A stretch of DNA of 64,000 bases from Klebsiella pneumoniae (lineage in GTDB: Bacteria > Pseudomonadota > Gammaproteobacteria > Burkholderiales > UBA3065). The notes under the pieces were generated by a model. It worked only from the letters and a program-made list of their open reading frames with translations, did not search any database and was not told the origin of the DNA. This document shows, piece by piece, positions 51,494 through 61,648 of this stretch. Within the stretch, counting starts at the first letter, position 1; each line of letters begins with the position of its first letter. Both the position numbers and the translations under genes were made by a program. The stretch is from contig CAMDGF010000006.1 in the NCBI GenBank assembly GCA_945897555.1, forward strand, positions 19,526 through 83,525. Direction: 5' to 3'.

Positions 51494-52348
51494 CTACACC
51501 CCGAAATACTTGGCTTGCGGATGATGCGCCACGATCGCGGTGGTGCTGTCCTCAGGCCACAGTTGGTCCTCATCGCCCAGCACCACGCCGATGCGATCGG
51601 CGTCCAGCAACATCAGGATCTTGTCCTGATCGGCCAGGTTGGGGCAGGCCGGATAGCCAAAGGAATAGCGGCTGCCCCGGTAGTCCTGCTTGATCAGCGC
51701 TTCAAGGTCACGCGACTCCTCACGCTGAAAGCCAAGCTCGACGCGCATGCGTTTGTGCACCCACTCCGCCAGTGCTTCAGCGCCCTCGGCGTTGAGCCCA
51801 TGCCAGTACAGGTACTCCTGGTAGGCGTCCTTTACAAACAATTCACGGGCGAAGTCGGAGGCGCGCTGCCCGACCGTCACCAGCTGGAAGCCGACGACGT
51901 CGCGCTCGCCACTTTCCGTACTGCGAAAGAAATCGCTGATGCACAGGCGCCGCTCGGTGGTCTGCCGCGGGAAGGGAAAACGGCACCGCTCCTCCGCGCT
52001 GTCGGGCGCGGCGTAGATGACCAGGTCATCGCCTTCGGCATTACAGGAGAAATAACCGTAGATGGCTTTGGGTTCGAGGATGCCCTGCTGTTCCGATTCC
52101 GCGACGAGGCGCTTGAGGATCGGCTCGCAGTGCTCGCGCGCGTAATCCTTGTACTCGTCGACCTTGCGGCCTTGGGGTTTGAATCCCCACTGGAACTTGT
52201 AAAGCGTGGTTCGGTTGATGTAAGGCAACAGGGCTTTGAGCGGAATGTGCTCGATGCAACGCGTGCCCCAGAACGGCGGTGTCGGCACCGGGTTGTCGGT
52301 GGCGACCACAGGGGAGCGAGTGCGGGAGGCGGGTGGACTGTCGGACAT
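51494..52348 (-). CDS. Stand-alone cobalamin-dependent methionine synthase activation (AdoMet-binding/reactivation) domain protein
   Basis: 284 aa. Aligns by eye with the E. coli MetH C-terminal domain: RQTTERRLCISDFF versus RQQTEK..CLADF, and YRGSRYSFGYPACPNLADQ versus YQGIRPAPGYPACPEHTEK. No Hcy, pterin or B12-binding modules are present. Confidence 0.8.
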   Translation of the reverse strand: MSDSPPASRTRSPVVATDNPVPTPPFWGTRCIEHIPLKALLPYINRTTLYKFQWGFKPQGRKVDEYKDYAREHCEPILKRLVAESEQQGILEPKAIYGYFSCNAEGDDLVIYAAPDSAEERCRFPFPRQTTERRLCISDFFRSTESGERDVVGFQLVTVGQRASDFARELFVKDAYQEYLYWHGLNAEGAEALAEWVHKRMRVELGFQREESRDLEALIKQDYRGSRYSFGYPACPNLADQDKILMLLDADRIGVVLGDEDQLWPEDSTTAIVAHHPQAKYFGV

Positions 52349-52425
52349 TTGGGGGCGGAGTCGGCTGGCGTTGCCATACCGCAGCGTTGCGCGGGGTCAG
52401 ACTATAGCTGAGACCGCGCGGCAGA

Positions 52426-53715
52426 CTAGGTGGCAGGGGTCTCCCGACCCGGCTCACCGATGACCGACGCCATTCGCAACAGCAATAGTGCGGCCAACGC
52501 TTTGAGCACGATGGGGGTAAAGGCGTAGACCGCACTCAGGGCAGCGAGGCCGTCTGGCGAGCGTTGTCCCGCCTGAAAGCCGAGCCACTCGATGAGCGGC
52601 AAGGCAAAACCAGCGGCGATGGCGAGGCTGAGCTTGTTCATCAGTGTCCACCAGCCGAGGCAAGCACCGGCGCGCTCGCTGCCTGGGGGGTCGGCGGCGA
52701 GCATCGCTGCCAGCCACGCGGCAGGCACCACCAACTCCGAGCCGAGGGCGAGGCCCGCCACCACGCACAGGACAAAATAAGGCCCAGTATCTCCAGCGCC
52801 CAGAAATGGCGCGATGAGAAAGGCCGCCACCGTCATCACCAGCCCGAGGAACCAGCTGCGCGCAAAGCCGATGCGCCGTACTGCCGCCGTCCACACCGGC
52901 AGCGAGGCGACCGCGCAGATGAAGTAAGCGCCAAAGAACTGCTCCTGCATCGCCTCGGCCTGCAACACATCGGCAATGTAGAAAGCACCGAGAGTGGCCG
53001 CCACCGCAGTGGCAACAGCACTGATCGCGAACAGGGTCAACAAGCCGCGAAAACGTGGCTCGCTCACAGCGGCACGCAATTGGGCAGAGACTGGCATCCG
53101 CACCGGTTCACGGCGCAGCACGGGCAGCGGCGACCACAGCAAAGAGGCCAGTGCACCGATGGCGATGAGCGGCCACACCACCCCGACCATGGCGTGCAGG
53201 CCGTCGCCCAGATTGTCGGCAAGCGTGGTTGGCAGCACCGATGCCGCAACGATGCCCATCAGGATGAAGAACTCACGCATCGCCACACCCTGGGTGCGTG
53301 CGGCTTCACTGATGTCGGCGTCGGCCAGCCAAGCCTGGTACGCGATGGTGGCCACCGAGTAGCCGAGGGTGACCAGCGCCAGCGTGCCCGCCAGCCAGCC
53401 CACGCCAGCACCCTCAGGCGGCTGGAACAGGCCCGTGAAGCCGATGCCGAGCAAGACCAGCGCAGCGGCGATGACCGGCCGCCTCGGCACGCGGTCGGTC
53501 CAGGCGCCGATGAACGGATCGATGAAGGCGTCGAGCAAGCGCAGCCCTAAGAGCAGGGCGCCAAGCAGCCCCAGCGAAAGACCTGCATGCTCGGCATAGA
53601 AACGTGGCACGTGGAGGTAGATGGGCAAGGCCGCGAACGCGAGCGGCGCCCCCAGCAGGCTGAAAGCTGCCAGCCGAAGTGAGCCTGGATGGGCTCGCGG
53701 AGCAAGGGCGCTCAC
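52426..53715 (-). CDS. MFS_2 (GPH-like) family transporter
   Basis: About 429 aa from the GTG at 53715, which overlaps the upstream stop (GTGA). Motif LGLRLLDAFIDPFIGAWTDR. About 12 TM segments. Confidence 0.75.
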   Translation of the reverse strand: MSALAPRAHPGSLRLAAFSLLGAPLAFAALPIYLHVPRFYAEHAGLSLGLLGALLLGLRLLDAFIDPFIGAWTDRVPRRPVIAAALVLLGIGFTGLFQPPEGAGVGWLAGTLALVTLGYSVATIAYQAWLADADISEAARTQGVAMREFFILMGIVAASVLPTTLADNLGDGLHAMVGVVWPLIAIGALASLLWSPLPVLRREPVRMPVSAQLRAAVSEPRFRGLLTLFAISAVATAVAATLGAFYIADVLQAEAMQEQFFGAYFICAVASLPVWTAAVRRIGFARSWFLGLVMTVAAFLIAPFLGAGDTGPYFVLCVVAGLALGSELVVPAAWLAAMLAADPPGSERAGACLGWWTLMNKLSLAIAAGFALPLIEWLGFQAGQRSPDGLAALSAVYAFTPIVLKALAALLLLRMASVIGEPGRETPAT

Positions 53716-54974
53716 GCGTGCACCAGTTCGAACTGATGCACGTCGATCGAACCCGCGATGAAGCCAGCCTCGCAATATGCAAGGTAGAAGCGCCACATGC
53801 GGCAGAAGCGCTCGTCGTAACCCATCGCCCGCACCCGATCCTGAGCCGCCACAAAGCGTCGGTCCCATTCCGCCAGCGTGCGGGCGTAGTCGAGCCCGAA
53901 AGCCAGATCGCCCTCCACGCGCAACCCGGCCTTGCCGGCCAGCCCGGTGAACACGCCCGGGGAGGGCAGCTTGCCGCCCGGAAAGATGTAGCGCTGGATA
54001 AAGTCGGTGCCCTTGCGATAGTCCGGAAAAAGGTCGTCGCGGATGGTGATGGTCTGCACCACTGCGCGCGCGCCCGGCTTGAGACACCGGGCAAGCTGCC
54101 CGAAATAGGACGGCCAGTAGGCCTCACCGACCGCCTCGAACATCTCGCAGGAGACGACGCGATCGTAGGTGTCGTTGAGATCGCGATAGTCGCGCAACTC
54201 AAAGTGCACCCGATCGGCCCATCCGCCGGTCTGGGCACGCGCTTGGGCAAACGCCAACTGCGATGGCGAGAGCGTGATGCCATGCACATGCGCACCGAAC
54301 TCGGTGGCAGCGATCTCGGCCAGCCCGCCCCAGCCGCAGCCGATCTCGAGCACGCGATCGCCAGGCTGCACCCCCGCGCGCTCAAGCATGCGTCGCACCT
54401 TGGCGCGCTGCGCCTGCTCCAGATCGAGGCCTGGCGCATCTTCGGCGGGCTGGCTGTAGAGCGCCGAGGAATAGGTCATCGTCGGGTCGAGCCAGAGCTG
54501 GTAGAACTCGTTGCCAAGGTCGTAATGCGCCTCGATGTTCTTGCGAGCGCCACGCCGCGTGTTGGCACGGAACAGGGTCCAGAGTCTGTGTCCGATGAGA
54601 TAGACGACGTGGCCGTGGATGCCGCGGGCGATGATGTCGCGATCTCGTGCCAGCAGCGTGAGGAGTGCAGCAAGGTCGTCGACGTTCCAACGGCCATCCA
54701 TCCACCCCTGGGCAAAGCCGATGTCACCGTACGCCAGGGTGTGCCCGAACACCGACTCGTCGAGGATGCGCAGATGCGCCAATGGGGTGCCGGAGCCCAG
54801 ATCACGCGTCACGCCCTCCGGGAATGTCACGCGCAAGCCACCCGAGGCGAGGCGCTCCAGGAGTTCGACAAAGATGCGTCGCGACCGCGAATGGCCGCCA
54901 GCGGGCGTTGCCCGAGTGGTCGGCGCGGCGGAGTTCTCGCTCATCGAGGTCTGTGAGGCAGGCGGTTGATGCAT
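53712..54974 (-). CDS. Cyclopropane-fatty-acyl-phospholipid synthase family SAM methyltransferase
   Basis: 420 aa with HYDLGNEFYQLWLDPTMTYSSA, VLEIGCGWGG, SCEMFEAVG and FIQRYIFPGG. Confidence 0.85.
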   Translation of the reverse strand: MHQPPASQTSMSENSAAPTTRATPAGGHSRSRRIFVELLERLASGGLRVTFPEGVTRDLGSGTPLAHLRILDESVFGHTLAYGDIGFAQGWMDGRWNVDDLAALLTLLARDRDIIARGIHGHVVYLIGHRLWTLFRANTRRGARKNIEAHYDLGNEFYQLWLDPTMTYSSALYSQPAEDAPGLDLEQAQRAKVRRMLERAGVQPGDRVLEIGCGWGGLAEIAATEFGAHVHGITLSPSQLAFAQARAQTGGWADRVHFELRDYRDLNDTYDRVVSCEMFEAVGEAYWPSYFGQLARCLKPGARAVVQTITIRDDLFPDYRKGTDFIQRYIFPGGKLPSPGVFTGLAGKAGLRVEGDLAFGLDYARTLAEWDRRFVAAQDRVRAMGYDERFCRMWRFYLAYCEAGFIAGSIDVHQFELVHA

Positions 54975-55010
54975 TTAGTTATGTTACTCATCTACGTGTT
55001 ACAGGATGCG

Positions 55011-55790
55011 TCAACTGGTGCGCTGACGCGGCGCCGGCGGCTTGCGAAAGAAGGTTGCGCCGCGCAACCAGAGGCGCAAGGCCTGCCAATGGATGCGCCA
55101 GACGATGCCGACGGTGAGCAAGGGGAAGCCCAGAACCCAACGTCGCAGGCCCTTTGCATCGAGCGGTTCCAGCCGGCCGCCGATGCGCGTCATGAGCTGC
55201 AGCGTGCCTTGGTCCCAGTAGTCGATGCAGACCACGCTGAGCCCATCGCGCTGATCGAAGCGGAAGCGGTACTCGCCACTCACCGGGAAGAACGGCGAGA
55301 CATGGAACACCTTTTCGGCCAGCAGCACCTCATCGGCGCCTATAGGGCCAAGGTCGTTGCGCACGACCCAATAGTTGTGCCCTTCGCCGAAGGTATTGTT
55401 GACCTCGGCCAGGACCGCGCGCAGCGCGCCGGCGCCATCGTGGCAGAGCCAGAAGCTCACCGGGTTGAAGACAAAACCCAGCACGCGCGGGCAGGTCTGC
55501 AGCACCACCTCACCATCGCAGACATCTGCCAGCCCGCGCTGCCGTTGCAGTTCGCGGATCCACGGCAGCAGCGGCGATCCATCGCGCGGCCCGTGATCGC
55601 GGCGGTGCAGACCGAGCAGCCCTGCGCGGTCGATGCCCAGCCCGCGCACCTGCAAATGGTCCCACTGCGACAGCGGCACGCGCAGGAATCGGACCGGATA
55701 AGTAAAGCGGTGGATCCACGGCACCCGTCGCTCATGCATCACCGCACCGGCGCCGATGGCCGGGCCGAGCCGCGCGCAACTCGGACTCAT
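55011..55790 (-). CDS. DUF1365-family protein
   Basis: GAVMHERRVPWIHRFTYPVRFLRVPL fits the DUF1365 N-terminal pattern. ATGA overlap with the upstream oxidoreductase. Confidence 0.8.
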   Translation of the reverse strand: MSPSCARLGPAIGAGAVMHERRVPWIHRFTYPVRFLRVPLSQWDHLQVRGLGIDRAGLLGLHRRDHGPRDGSPLLPWIRELQRQRGLADVCDGEVVLQTCPRVLGFVFNPVSFWLCHDGAGALRAVLAEVNNTFGEGHNYWVVRNDLGPIGADEVLLAEKVFHVSPFFPVSGEYRFRFDQRDGLSVVCIDYWDQGTLQLMTRIGGRLEPLDAKGLRRWVLGFPLLTVGIVWRIHWQALRLWLRGATFFRKPPAPRQRTS

Positions 55791-57154
55791 GCGCCGTGCC
55801 GGGTCGACACGACGGCAGCATCAGACCAAGGGGGTGTCACGCCAAAGTCTCCCGCCACCTTGACTGCAGATCGCAGCCCGTCCTCATGGAAGCCATAGCC
55901 GGTCCAGGCTCCAGCGAACCAGACCCGGTCGTGGCCCTGCAGCGCCGGCAAGCGGCCCTGCGCGGCCACCGCGGCATTGTCGAACACCGGGTGCGAGTAG
56001 TGGATCTCGCGCCAGGTGAGCGCTGGATCGGGCTCGCGGTAAGGATTGAGGGTGACCACCACCGGCCGCTTGAACGGAAGCGGCTGCAGCATGTTGATGA
56101 GGTAACTCACGGCGACGGGCGCCTCGCCATGGTGGTCGGTCGCTGCGCCGGCACCCGCCAGGTAGTTCCAGGCCGACCACACCTTGCGCCGGCGCGGCAG
56201 CAGCATCGGGTCTGAGTGGAGCAAGGCGCGGTTGGGCTGGTAGCGTACCGCTGCCAGAACGGCGCGCTCATCGTCGGTGGCCTCGTCGCCCAGCACCGCC
56301 AGGGCCTCGTCCGAGTGACAGGCCAGCACGACGGCGTCGAAGATCTGCTGGAATCCTGGCCCCACCAGCTCGACACCCTGACGCAGACGGCGCAGGGCGG
56401 CCACCGGCGCGCTGGAGCGCACGTGGGTGATGTCGCGGTGCATGCGCTGCAGGTAAGTGCGTGCGCCACCGCGAACGGTGAGCCACTGCGGGCGTCCGTC
56501 CACTTGCAACAGGTGATGGTTGTGGCAGAACTGCACGAAACTCCGCAGCGGGAAGTCGAGCATCGTGGCCTTCGGACAAGACCAGATCGAAGCCGCCATC
56601 GGCAACAGGTAGAGGTCGCGCAGACCAGCGCCGTAATGGCCATTCTCCAGAAAGTCGCCGAGAGTGCATGGCGGAAAGTCACCGGCACGCGCCATCAGGG
56701 TGGTCTCGCGGTTGAAGCGCAGGATGTCGCGCAGCATGCGCAGAAACGCGGGGCTCAGCAGATTCGCTGGCTGCGCAAACACCGAGGCGAGGTTGGTACC
56801 CGCCCATTCGAGATCGGGCGTCTCGCTGGAGAAGGAAAAGCCCATGGTGGTCTCGGCAAGGTCGATGCCAAGATGCGCGAAGAGTCCGCAGAGGTGCGGG
56901 TAGGTCTTGCGATTGAAGACCAGGAAACCCGTGTCGACCGGCCAGCTGAGCCCGTCAAGGGTGAGGTCGACGGTGTGCGTGTGCCCGCCGCAGCGTCCCT
57001 CCGCCTCGAACAAGGTGACGTCGTGTCGTCGCGCCAACAGCCACGCGGCGCCGGTGCCCGCAATGCCGCTGCCGACCACGCCGATGCGCAGCCGCTGATT
57101 GCCGGGCAGCGGCGAGGCGGACGCTGAGGGGCCGGGTCTGGCGGTGTTGTTCAT
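55787..57154 (-). CDS. FAD-dependent oxidoreductase (amine-oxidase-like, COG2907-type)
   Basis: RIGVVGSGIAGTGAAWLLARRHDVTLFEAEGRCGGHTHT dinucleotide-binding motif. The first ATG is at 57154; the track start at 57166 is a TTG. Confidence 0.85.
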   Translation of the reverse strand: MNNTARPGPSASASPLPGNQRLRIGVVGSGIAGTGAAWLLARRHDVTLFEAEGRCGGHTHTVDLTLDGLSWPVDTGFLVFNRKTYPHLCGLFAHLGIDLAETTMGFSFSSETPDLEWAGTNLASVFAQPANLLSPAFLRMLRDILRFNRETTLMARAGDFPPCTLGDFLENGHYGAGLRDLYLLPMAASIWSCPKATMLDFPLRSFVQFCHNHHLLQVDGRPQWLTVRGGARTYLQRMHRDITHVRSSAPVAALRRLRQGVELVGPGFQQIFDAVVLACHSDEALAVLGDEATDDERAVLAAVRYQPNRALLHSDPMLLPRRRKVWSAWNYLAGAGAATDHHGEAPVAVSYLINMLQPLPFKRPVVVTLNPYREPDPALTWREIHYSHPVFDNAAVAAQGRLPALQGHDRVWFAGAWTGYGFHEDGLRSAVKVAGDFGVTPPWSDAAVVSTRHGA

Positions 57155-57255
57155 GATCCGATGCAAAAGGACGCGACGCCTTGCGCCGCCGACTCAGGAC
57201 CGGATGATGCCTCAAAGTCCGCGGGCCGGCCCGAGTCGGACGGGCATCCGCAGGC

Positions 57256-57846
57256 TCAGGGTTGTTCGGCCAGCAGGCGGTTGATGGCCGCCGTAAGCTC
57301 GGGGCTGCTCGGCTCCACACGGGACGAGAAGCTTGTGACCTTGCGGCCGCTGCGATCGATCAGGTACTTGTGGAAGTTCCATTGCGGCCGGTCGCCGGTG
57401 GCTTTGGCCAGCTCCTGAAAGAAAGGATGAGCGGAAGCGCCCGTCACCTCGGTCTTGGCCATCATGGGGAACTGCACGCCGTAGGTGAGTCGGCAGAAAT
57501 CGGCGATCTCCTTTTCGGTACCCGGTTCCTGATTGCCGAAATTGTTCGACGGGAAGCCAACGATCACCAAACCCTTGGGCTTTAGGTTGGCGTAGAGCTT
57601 CTCGAGCCCATCGTACTGACGCGTGAACCCGCAGTAACTGGCGGTGTTCACCACCAGCACCACCTTGCCTTGATACTGGCAAAGAGGCTGCGGCGACTTG
57701 TCTTGCAACTGCTGGAAGGTGTGATTGAGGAGGGGCGGGCACGCAGCCTGAGCGGTCTCGGTCATGGTGATGGTCGCAAAGGGGATGAGCAGGAGGGCCA
57801 GGGCCCGCTTGTAAAGAGCCCGTGGAGTGTGGTGGAGCACGATCAT
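57256..57846 (-). CDS. Glutathione peroxidase with signal peptide
   Basis: VVLVVNTASYCGFT, GFPSNNFGNQEPG and WNFHKYLI motifs. Hydrophobic N-terminal leader. Confidence 0.9.
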   Translation of the reverse strand: MIVLHHTPRALYKRALALLLIPFATITMTETAQAACPPLLNHTFQQLQDKSPQPLCQYQGKVVLVVNTASYCGFTRQYDGLEKLYANLKPKGLVIVGFPSNNFGNQEPGTEKEIADFCRLTYGVQFPMMAKTEVTGASAHPFFQELAKATGDRPQWNFHKYLIDRSGRKVTSFSSRVEPSSPELTAAINRLLAEQP

Positions 57847-57959
57847 GATGGCGATCCGTGAAGAGAGACAGGACTGAGATTGCCGTTCGAGGAGATTGGT
57901 TCGCTCGCCACGCCTCGCTTTCGAGCCGCGTCAGACCAGATGCCGCGCCGAGCCAGTGC

Positions 57960-57988
57960 TAGACAGTGTCCACATCGCCGGCTAGGCT
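57960..57988 (+). promoter_or_regulatory. Candidate sigma70-like promoter positioned for a leaderless regulator transcript
   Basis: TAGACA (57960-57965), a 17-nt spacer, TAGGCT (57983-57988), then 7 nt to the ATG at 57996. No SD is present. Confidence 0.35.
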
Positions 57989-57995
57989 CGCAGTT

Positions 57996-58964
57996 ATGGA
58001 ATCCGTGACCGTCGAAACGCCGCCGACGCCCCCGCAGCAGGCATCTGCCGACCGCGGTGAACCCGCACCGATACCCATCGCCATCGTCGAGCGCGACACG
58101 GGCATCGCCAAAGACACGCTGCGCATCTGGGAGCGCCGCTACGGCTTCCCCAACCCACAGCGCGACGCCAATGGCGAACGTAATTATTCGTTCGAAGAGG
58201 TGGAGAAGCTGCGCACCCTCAAGCGGCTGATGGACCGCGGCTTGCGCCCGGGCCGCCTCATCCCCCTGCCGCTGGGCGAGCTGCTCGAGATGGCCCAAGC
58301 GATGCCCGCGCGGGCCCGCTCGCTCGACGAGCGGATCGTCATCGACACGGTTCTCGACCTCGCACGCCGGCAACAAGCAAGCGATCTGCGCGTCTACCTG
58401 CAAAAGCGCCTGCTCCAGCAGGGCCTGCGTGGCTTCATCGCGCAGACACTCACGCGCTTGAACCAGGACATCGGCGACGCATGGGCACGCGGCACCATCA
58501 CCGTCGCACACGAACACATCTACACGCAGGCGGTGCAGAACGTGCTGCACGGAGTCATCGCCAGCCAATCCGCGAGCCGATCGTCACCCCGTATCCTGCT
58601 CACCACGGTGCCGGGCGAAGCGCACATGCTCGGCCTGCTCATGGCCGAGGCGATCTGGGTGGCGGACGGCGCCGAGTGCATCTCGCTCGGACCGCAGTTT
58701 CCGATCGGCGATCTGCCGGCAACCGTGGCCGACGGCGATATCGACATCGTTGCCTTGTCCTTCAGCCAATCCTTCAACCCGACCCAGGCACTCGCGTCGT
58801 TGCGCACACTGCGCACCAGCCTGCCAGCCCGGGTGGAGATCTGGGCCGGGGGGGCCGCGCTCAGTGGACGGCGGCGTGTCGAGGGCGTGCGCATCCTCAG
58901 CACCATCGAAGCCGCTGGCGATGCGCTGGCCGAGTGGTTGGCCGCGCGGGCCCTCCGAAGCTGA
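57996..58964 (+). CDS. MerR-family, CarH/LitR-type cobalamin-binding light-responsive regulator
   Basis: [27 protein letters not shown]-x9-EH ([14 protein letters not shown]). B12 lower-ligand motif E-x-H-x-x-G (GEAHMLG), followed by DIVALSFS. An alternative GTG start lies at 57966. Confidence 0.8.
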   Translation: MESVTVETPPTPPQQASADRGEPAPIPIAIVERDTGIAKDTLRIWERRYGFPNPQRDANGERNYSFEEVEKLRTLKRLMDRGLRPGRLIPLPLGELLEMAQAMPARARSLDERIVIDTVLDLARRQQASDLRVYLQKRLLQQGLRGFIAQTLTRLNQDIGDAWARGTITVAHEHIYTQAVQNVLHGVIASQSASRSSPRILLTTVPGEAHMLGLLMAEAIWVADGAECISLGPQFPIGDLPATVADGDIDIVALSFSQSFNPTQALASLRTLRTSLPARVEIWAGGAALSGRRRVEGVRILSTIEAAGDALAEWLAARALRS

Positions 58965-59026
58965 GCGCCATGGCCGGGGCTACAGCCCTGCCGGCTATAC
59001 TTGACGCTTTGCCCCGAGCCCCCCGC

Positions 59027-61648
59027 ATGCAGTCCCAGTATCGGCCCGCTGATGTAGAGGCACTTGCCCAGCAGCACTGGCGCACCCGAGGTGCGTTCAC
59101 CGCCGTGGAAGATCCGGCGGTGCCCCGTGACAAACGCTATTACTGCCTGTCGATGTTCCCTTACCCCTCGGGCAAGTTGCACATGGGGCATGTGCGCAAC
59201 TACACCATCGGTGATGTGCTCACACGCTGGCACAAGGCGCGTGGCTATAACGTGCTGCAGCCGATGGGCTGGGATGCCTTTGGCCTGCCCGCCGAGAACG
59301 CCGCCATCCAGAACCGCCTCCCACCGGCGCAATGGACGTACAGCAACATCGCTTACATGAAGCAGCAGTTGCAGGCGCTCGGGCTGGCCATCGACTGGGA
59401 GCGCGAACTGGCCACCTGCCAGCCCGACTACTACCGCTGGAACCAGTGGCTGTTTCTGCGCATGCTCGAGAAGGGCATCGCCTACAAGAAGACACAGGTG
59501 GTCAACTGGGACCCGGTCGACCAGACCGTGCTGGCCAATGAGCAGGTCATCGACGGACGCGGCTGGCGCACCGGCGCGCTGGTGGAGAAGCGCGAGATCC
59601 CTGGCTACTACCTCGGTATCACACAGTACGCAGAGGAACTGCTGTCTGCGATGGACGGCCTGGGTGGCTGGCCGGAGCGTGTGCGCACCATGCAGGCCAA
59701 CTGGATCGGCAAGAGCGTGGGCGTGCGCTTTGCCTTCATGCATGACATCCGTGAAGCATCGGGTGGACTGATCGGCGACGGCAAGCTATGGGTGTTCACC
59801 ACCCGCGCCGACACCATCATGGGCGTGACCTTCTGCGCCGTAGCTGCCGAGCACCCGCTGGCGCTGCGTGCCGCCGAACTGGATGCCAAGGTGGCGGCGT
59901 TCGTGGAGGAGTGCCGCCATGGCACCCAGCAGGAAGCCGAGCTCGCCACTCAGGAGAAGTCCGGCGTCGCGACCGGTTTCAGCGTCACCCATCCGCTCAC
60001 CGGCGAACAGGTCCCGGTGTGGGTCGGCAACTACGTTCTGATGGGCTACGGCGAGGGCGCGGTGATGGCCGTCCCCGCCCACGACGAGCGCGACTTCGGC
60101 TTCGCACAGAAGTACGGCCTCGCCATCAAGCCGGTCATTGATGTGGCTGGACAGGCCTTCTCCACCGATACCTGGCAGGAGTGGTATGCCAGCAAGGACG
60201 GCCGCTGCATCCGCTCCGGCGCCTACGACGGCAAAGGCTACGCCGAGGCGGTCGATGCCATCGCCGCCGACCTCGCGGCCAAGGGCATCGGCGAGAAGAG
60301 GACGCAGTGGCGCCTGCGCGACTGGGGCATCAGCCGACAGCGCTATTGGGGCTGCCCGATCCCGATCATCCACTGCCCCCGCTGCGGCGACGTGCCGGTG
60401 CCCGATGACCAGCTGCCGGTGGTACTGCCTGAGGACTGCGTGCCGGATGGCTCTGGCAACCCGCTGCGCAACCGGTCGGACTTCCTGCAATGCGCCTGCC
60501 CCACCTGCGGCGGCGCGGCGCAGCGCGAGACCGACACCATGGATACGTTCGTGGACAGCAGCTGGTACTACACCCGTTACTGCTCACAGGGCAACCACGA
60601 CGCCATGGTCGACGGCCGCGCCGACTACTGGATGCCGGTGCAGCAGTACATCGGCGGCATCGAACACGCCATCCTGCACCTGCTCTATTCGCGCTTCTGG
60701 AACAAGGTCATGAGTGACCTCGGGCTGATGCGCGAGCGCGAGCCCTTTGCCCACCTGCTCACCCAGGGCATGGTGCTCAACCACATCTTCTCGCGCCGTA
60801 CCGACAAGGGCGGCATCGAATACTTTGCGCCGGACGAGATCGACATCGCTCGGGACGAGTCTGGCCGTATCACTGGCGCAACGCTCAAGGCCGATGGCAG
60901 TGCCGTGGGCTACGACGGCATCGGCACCATGAGTAAGTCCAAGCGCAACGGCGTCGACCCGCAAGGGCTGATCGACACCTACGGCGCCGACACCGCACGC
61001 TTCTTCATGATGTTCGCAAGCCCGCCGGAGCAGACCCTCGAATGGTCGGATGCCGGGGTCGAGGGTGCCTATCGCTTCCTCAAGCGAGTGTGGGCCTATG
61101 CCGCCAGCGTGGCAGAGGCCGTGCGGGCCGCCGGGCCGGTGCCGGCCACGCTCGATGCGACGCTCGCCGAGACGCGCCGCGAGGTCCACCTCACGCTCAA
61201 GCAATGCAACTTCGACCTTGGCCGACAGCAGTTCAACACCGTGGCATCGGGCTGCATGAAGCTTCTCAACGCGCTGGAGAGGTTGCCGCGCGGCGATGCC
61301 GCCGCCGATGCCCTCGCTCGCGAGGGCTTGGCGATCCTGTTGCAGGTGCTGGCGCCGATCACGCCGCACATCACCCAGGCGCTCTGGGCTGAACTCGGTT
61401 TCGGCGCAGACATCCTCAGTGCCGGCTGGCCCGAGCCCGACCCCGCAGCGCTGGTGCAGGATGAGGTCGATCTGGTGCTGCAGGTGAATGGCAAGCTGCG
61501 AGGCAGCCTGCGCTTGGCCACGGATGCATCGAGGGAAGCCATCGAGCAGGCTGCGCTCGCCAGCGAGGTGACGTCGCGTTACCTTGAGGGCCGGGCGGCA
61601 AAGAAGGTGATCGTGGTGCCGGGCCGTCTGGTCAACGTGGTGGGCTGA
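59027..61648 (+). CDS. leuS: Leucyl-tRNA synthetase
   Basis: [18 protein letters not shown] (HIGH motif) and MSKSKRNG (KMSKS motif). Start at the ATG at 59027 (MQSQYRP). The upstream 182 codons of the track ORF overlap the regulator gene. Confidence 0.95.
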   Translation: MQSQYRPADVEALAQQHWRTRGAFTAVEDPAVPRDKRYYCLSMFPYPSGKLHMGHVRNYTIGDVLTRWHKARGYNVLQPMGWDAFGLPAENAAIQNRLPPAQWTYSNIAYMKQQLQALGLAIDWERELATCQPDYYRWNQWLFLRMLEKGIAYKKTQVVNWDPVDQTVLANEQVIDGRGWRTGALVEKREIPGYYLGITQYAEELLSAMDGLGGWPERVRTMQANWIGKSVGVRFAFMHDIREASGGLIGDGKLWVFTTRADTIMGVTFCAVAAEHPLALRAAELDAKVAAFVEECRHGTQQEAELATQEKSGVATGFSVTHPLTGEQVPVWVGNYVLMGYGEGAVMAVPAHDERDFGFAQKYGLAIKPVIDVAGQAFSTDTWQEWYASKDGRCIRSGAYDGKGYAEAVDAIAADLAAKGIGEKRTQWRLRDWGISRQRYWGCPIPIIHCPRCGDVPVPDDQLPVVLPEDCVPDGSGNPLRNRSDFLQCACPTCGGAAQRETDTMDTFVDSSWYYTRYCSQGNHDAMVDGRADYWMPVQQYIGGIEHAILHLLYSRFWNKVMSDLGLMREREPFAHLLTQGMVLNHIFSRRTDKGGIEYFAPDEIDIARDESGRITGATLKADGSAVGYDGIGTMSKSKRNGVDPQGLIDTYGADTARFFMMFASPPEQTLEWSDAGVEGAYRFLKRVWAYAASVAEAVRAAGPVPATLDATLAETRREVHLTLKQCNFDLGRQQFNTVASGCMKLLNALERLPRGDAAADALAREGLAILLQVLAPITPHITQALWAELGFGADILSAGWPEPDPAALVQDEVDLVLQVNGKLRGSLRLATDASREAIEQAALASEVTSRYLEGRAAKKVIVVPGRLVNVVG

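Noticed and set aside
53716-54087. The upstream part of the 553-aa ORF containing the MFS transporter.
   Set aside because: It overlaps the well-supported CFA-synthase-family gene out of frame. The transporter-like sequence begins at the GTG at 53715, which overlaps the upstream stop.
54975-55010. An unusually AT-rich 36-nt spacer between the DUF1365 and CFA-synthase genes, with two GTAACA repeats 15 nt apart and a TTGACG overlapping the upstream stop.
   Set aside because: No acceptable -10 box lies at 16-18 nt from the TTGACG, and the repeats do not fit the CarH-type 11-bp operator pattern I recall. I note it only as a possible internal control site.
58481-59026. A 182-codon N-terminal extension of the leuS ORF; the track lists a 1055-aa protein.
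   Set aside because: The extension is Arg/His-rich nonsense that overlaps the regulator gene in another frame. The conserved LeuS N-terminus starts at MQSQYRP (59027).
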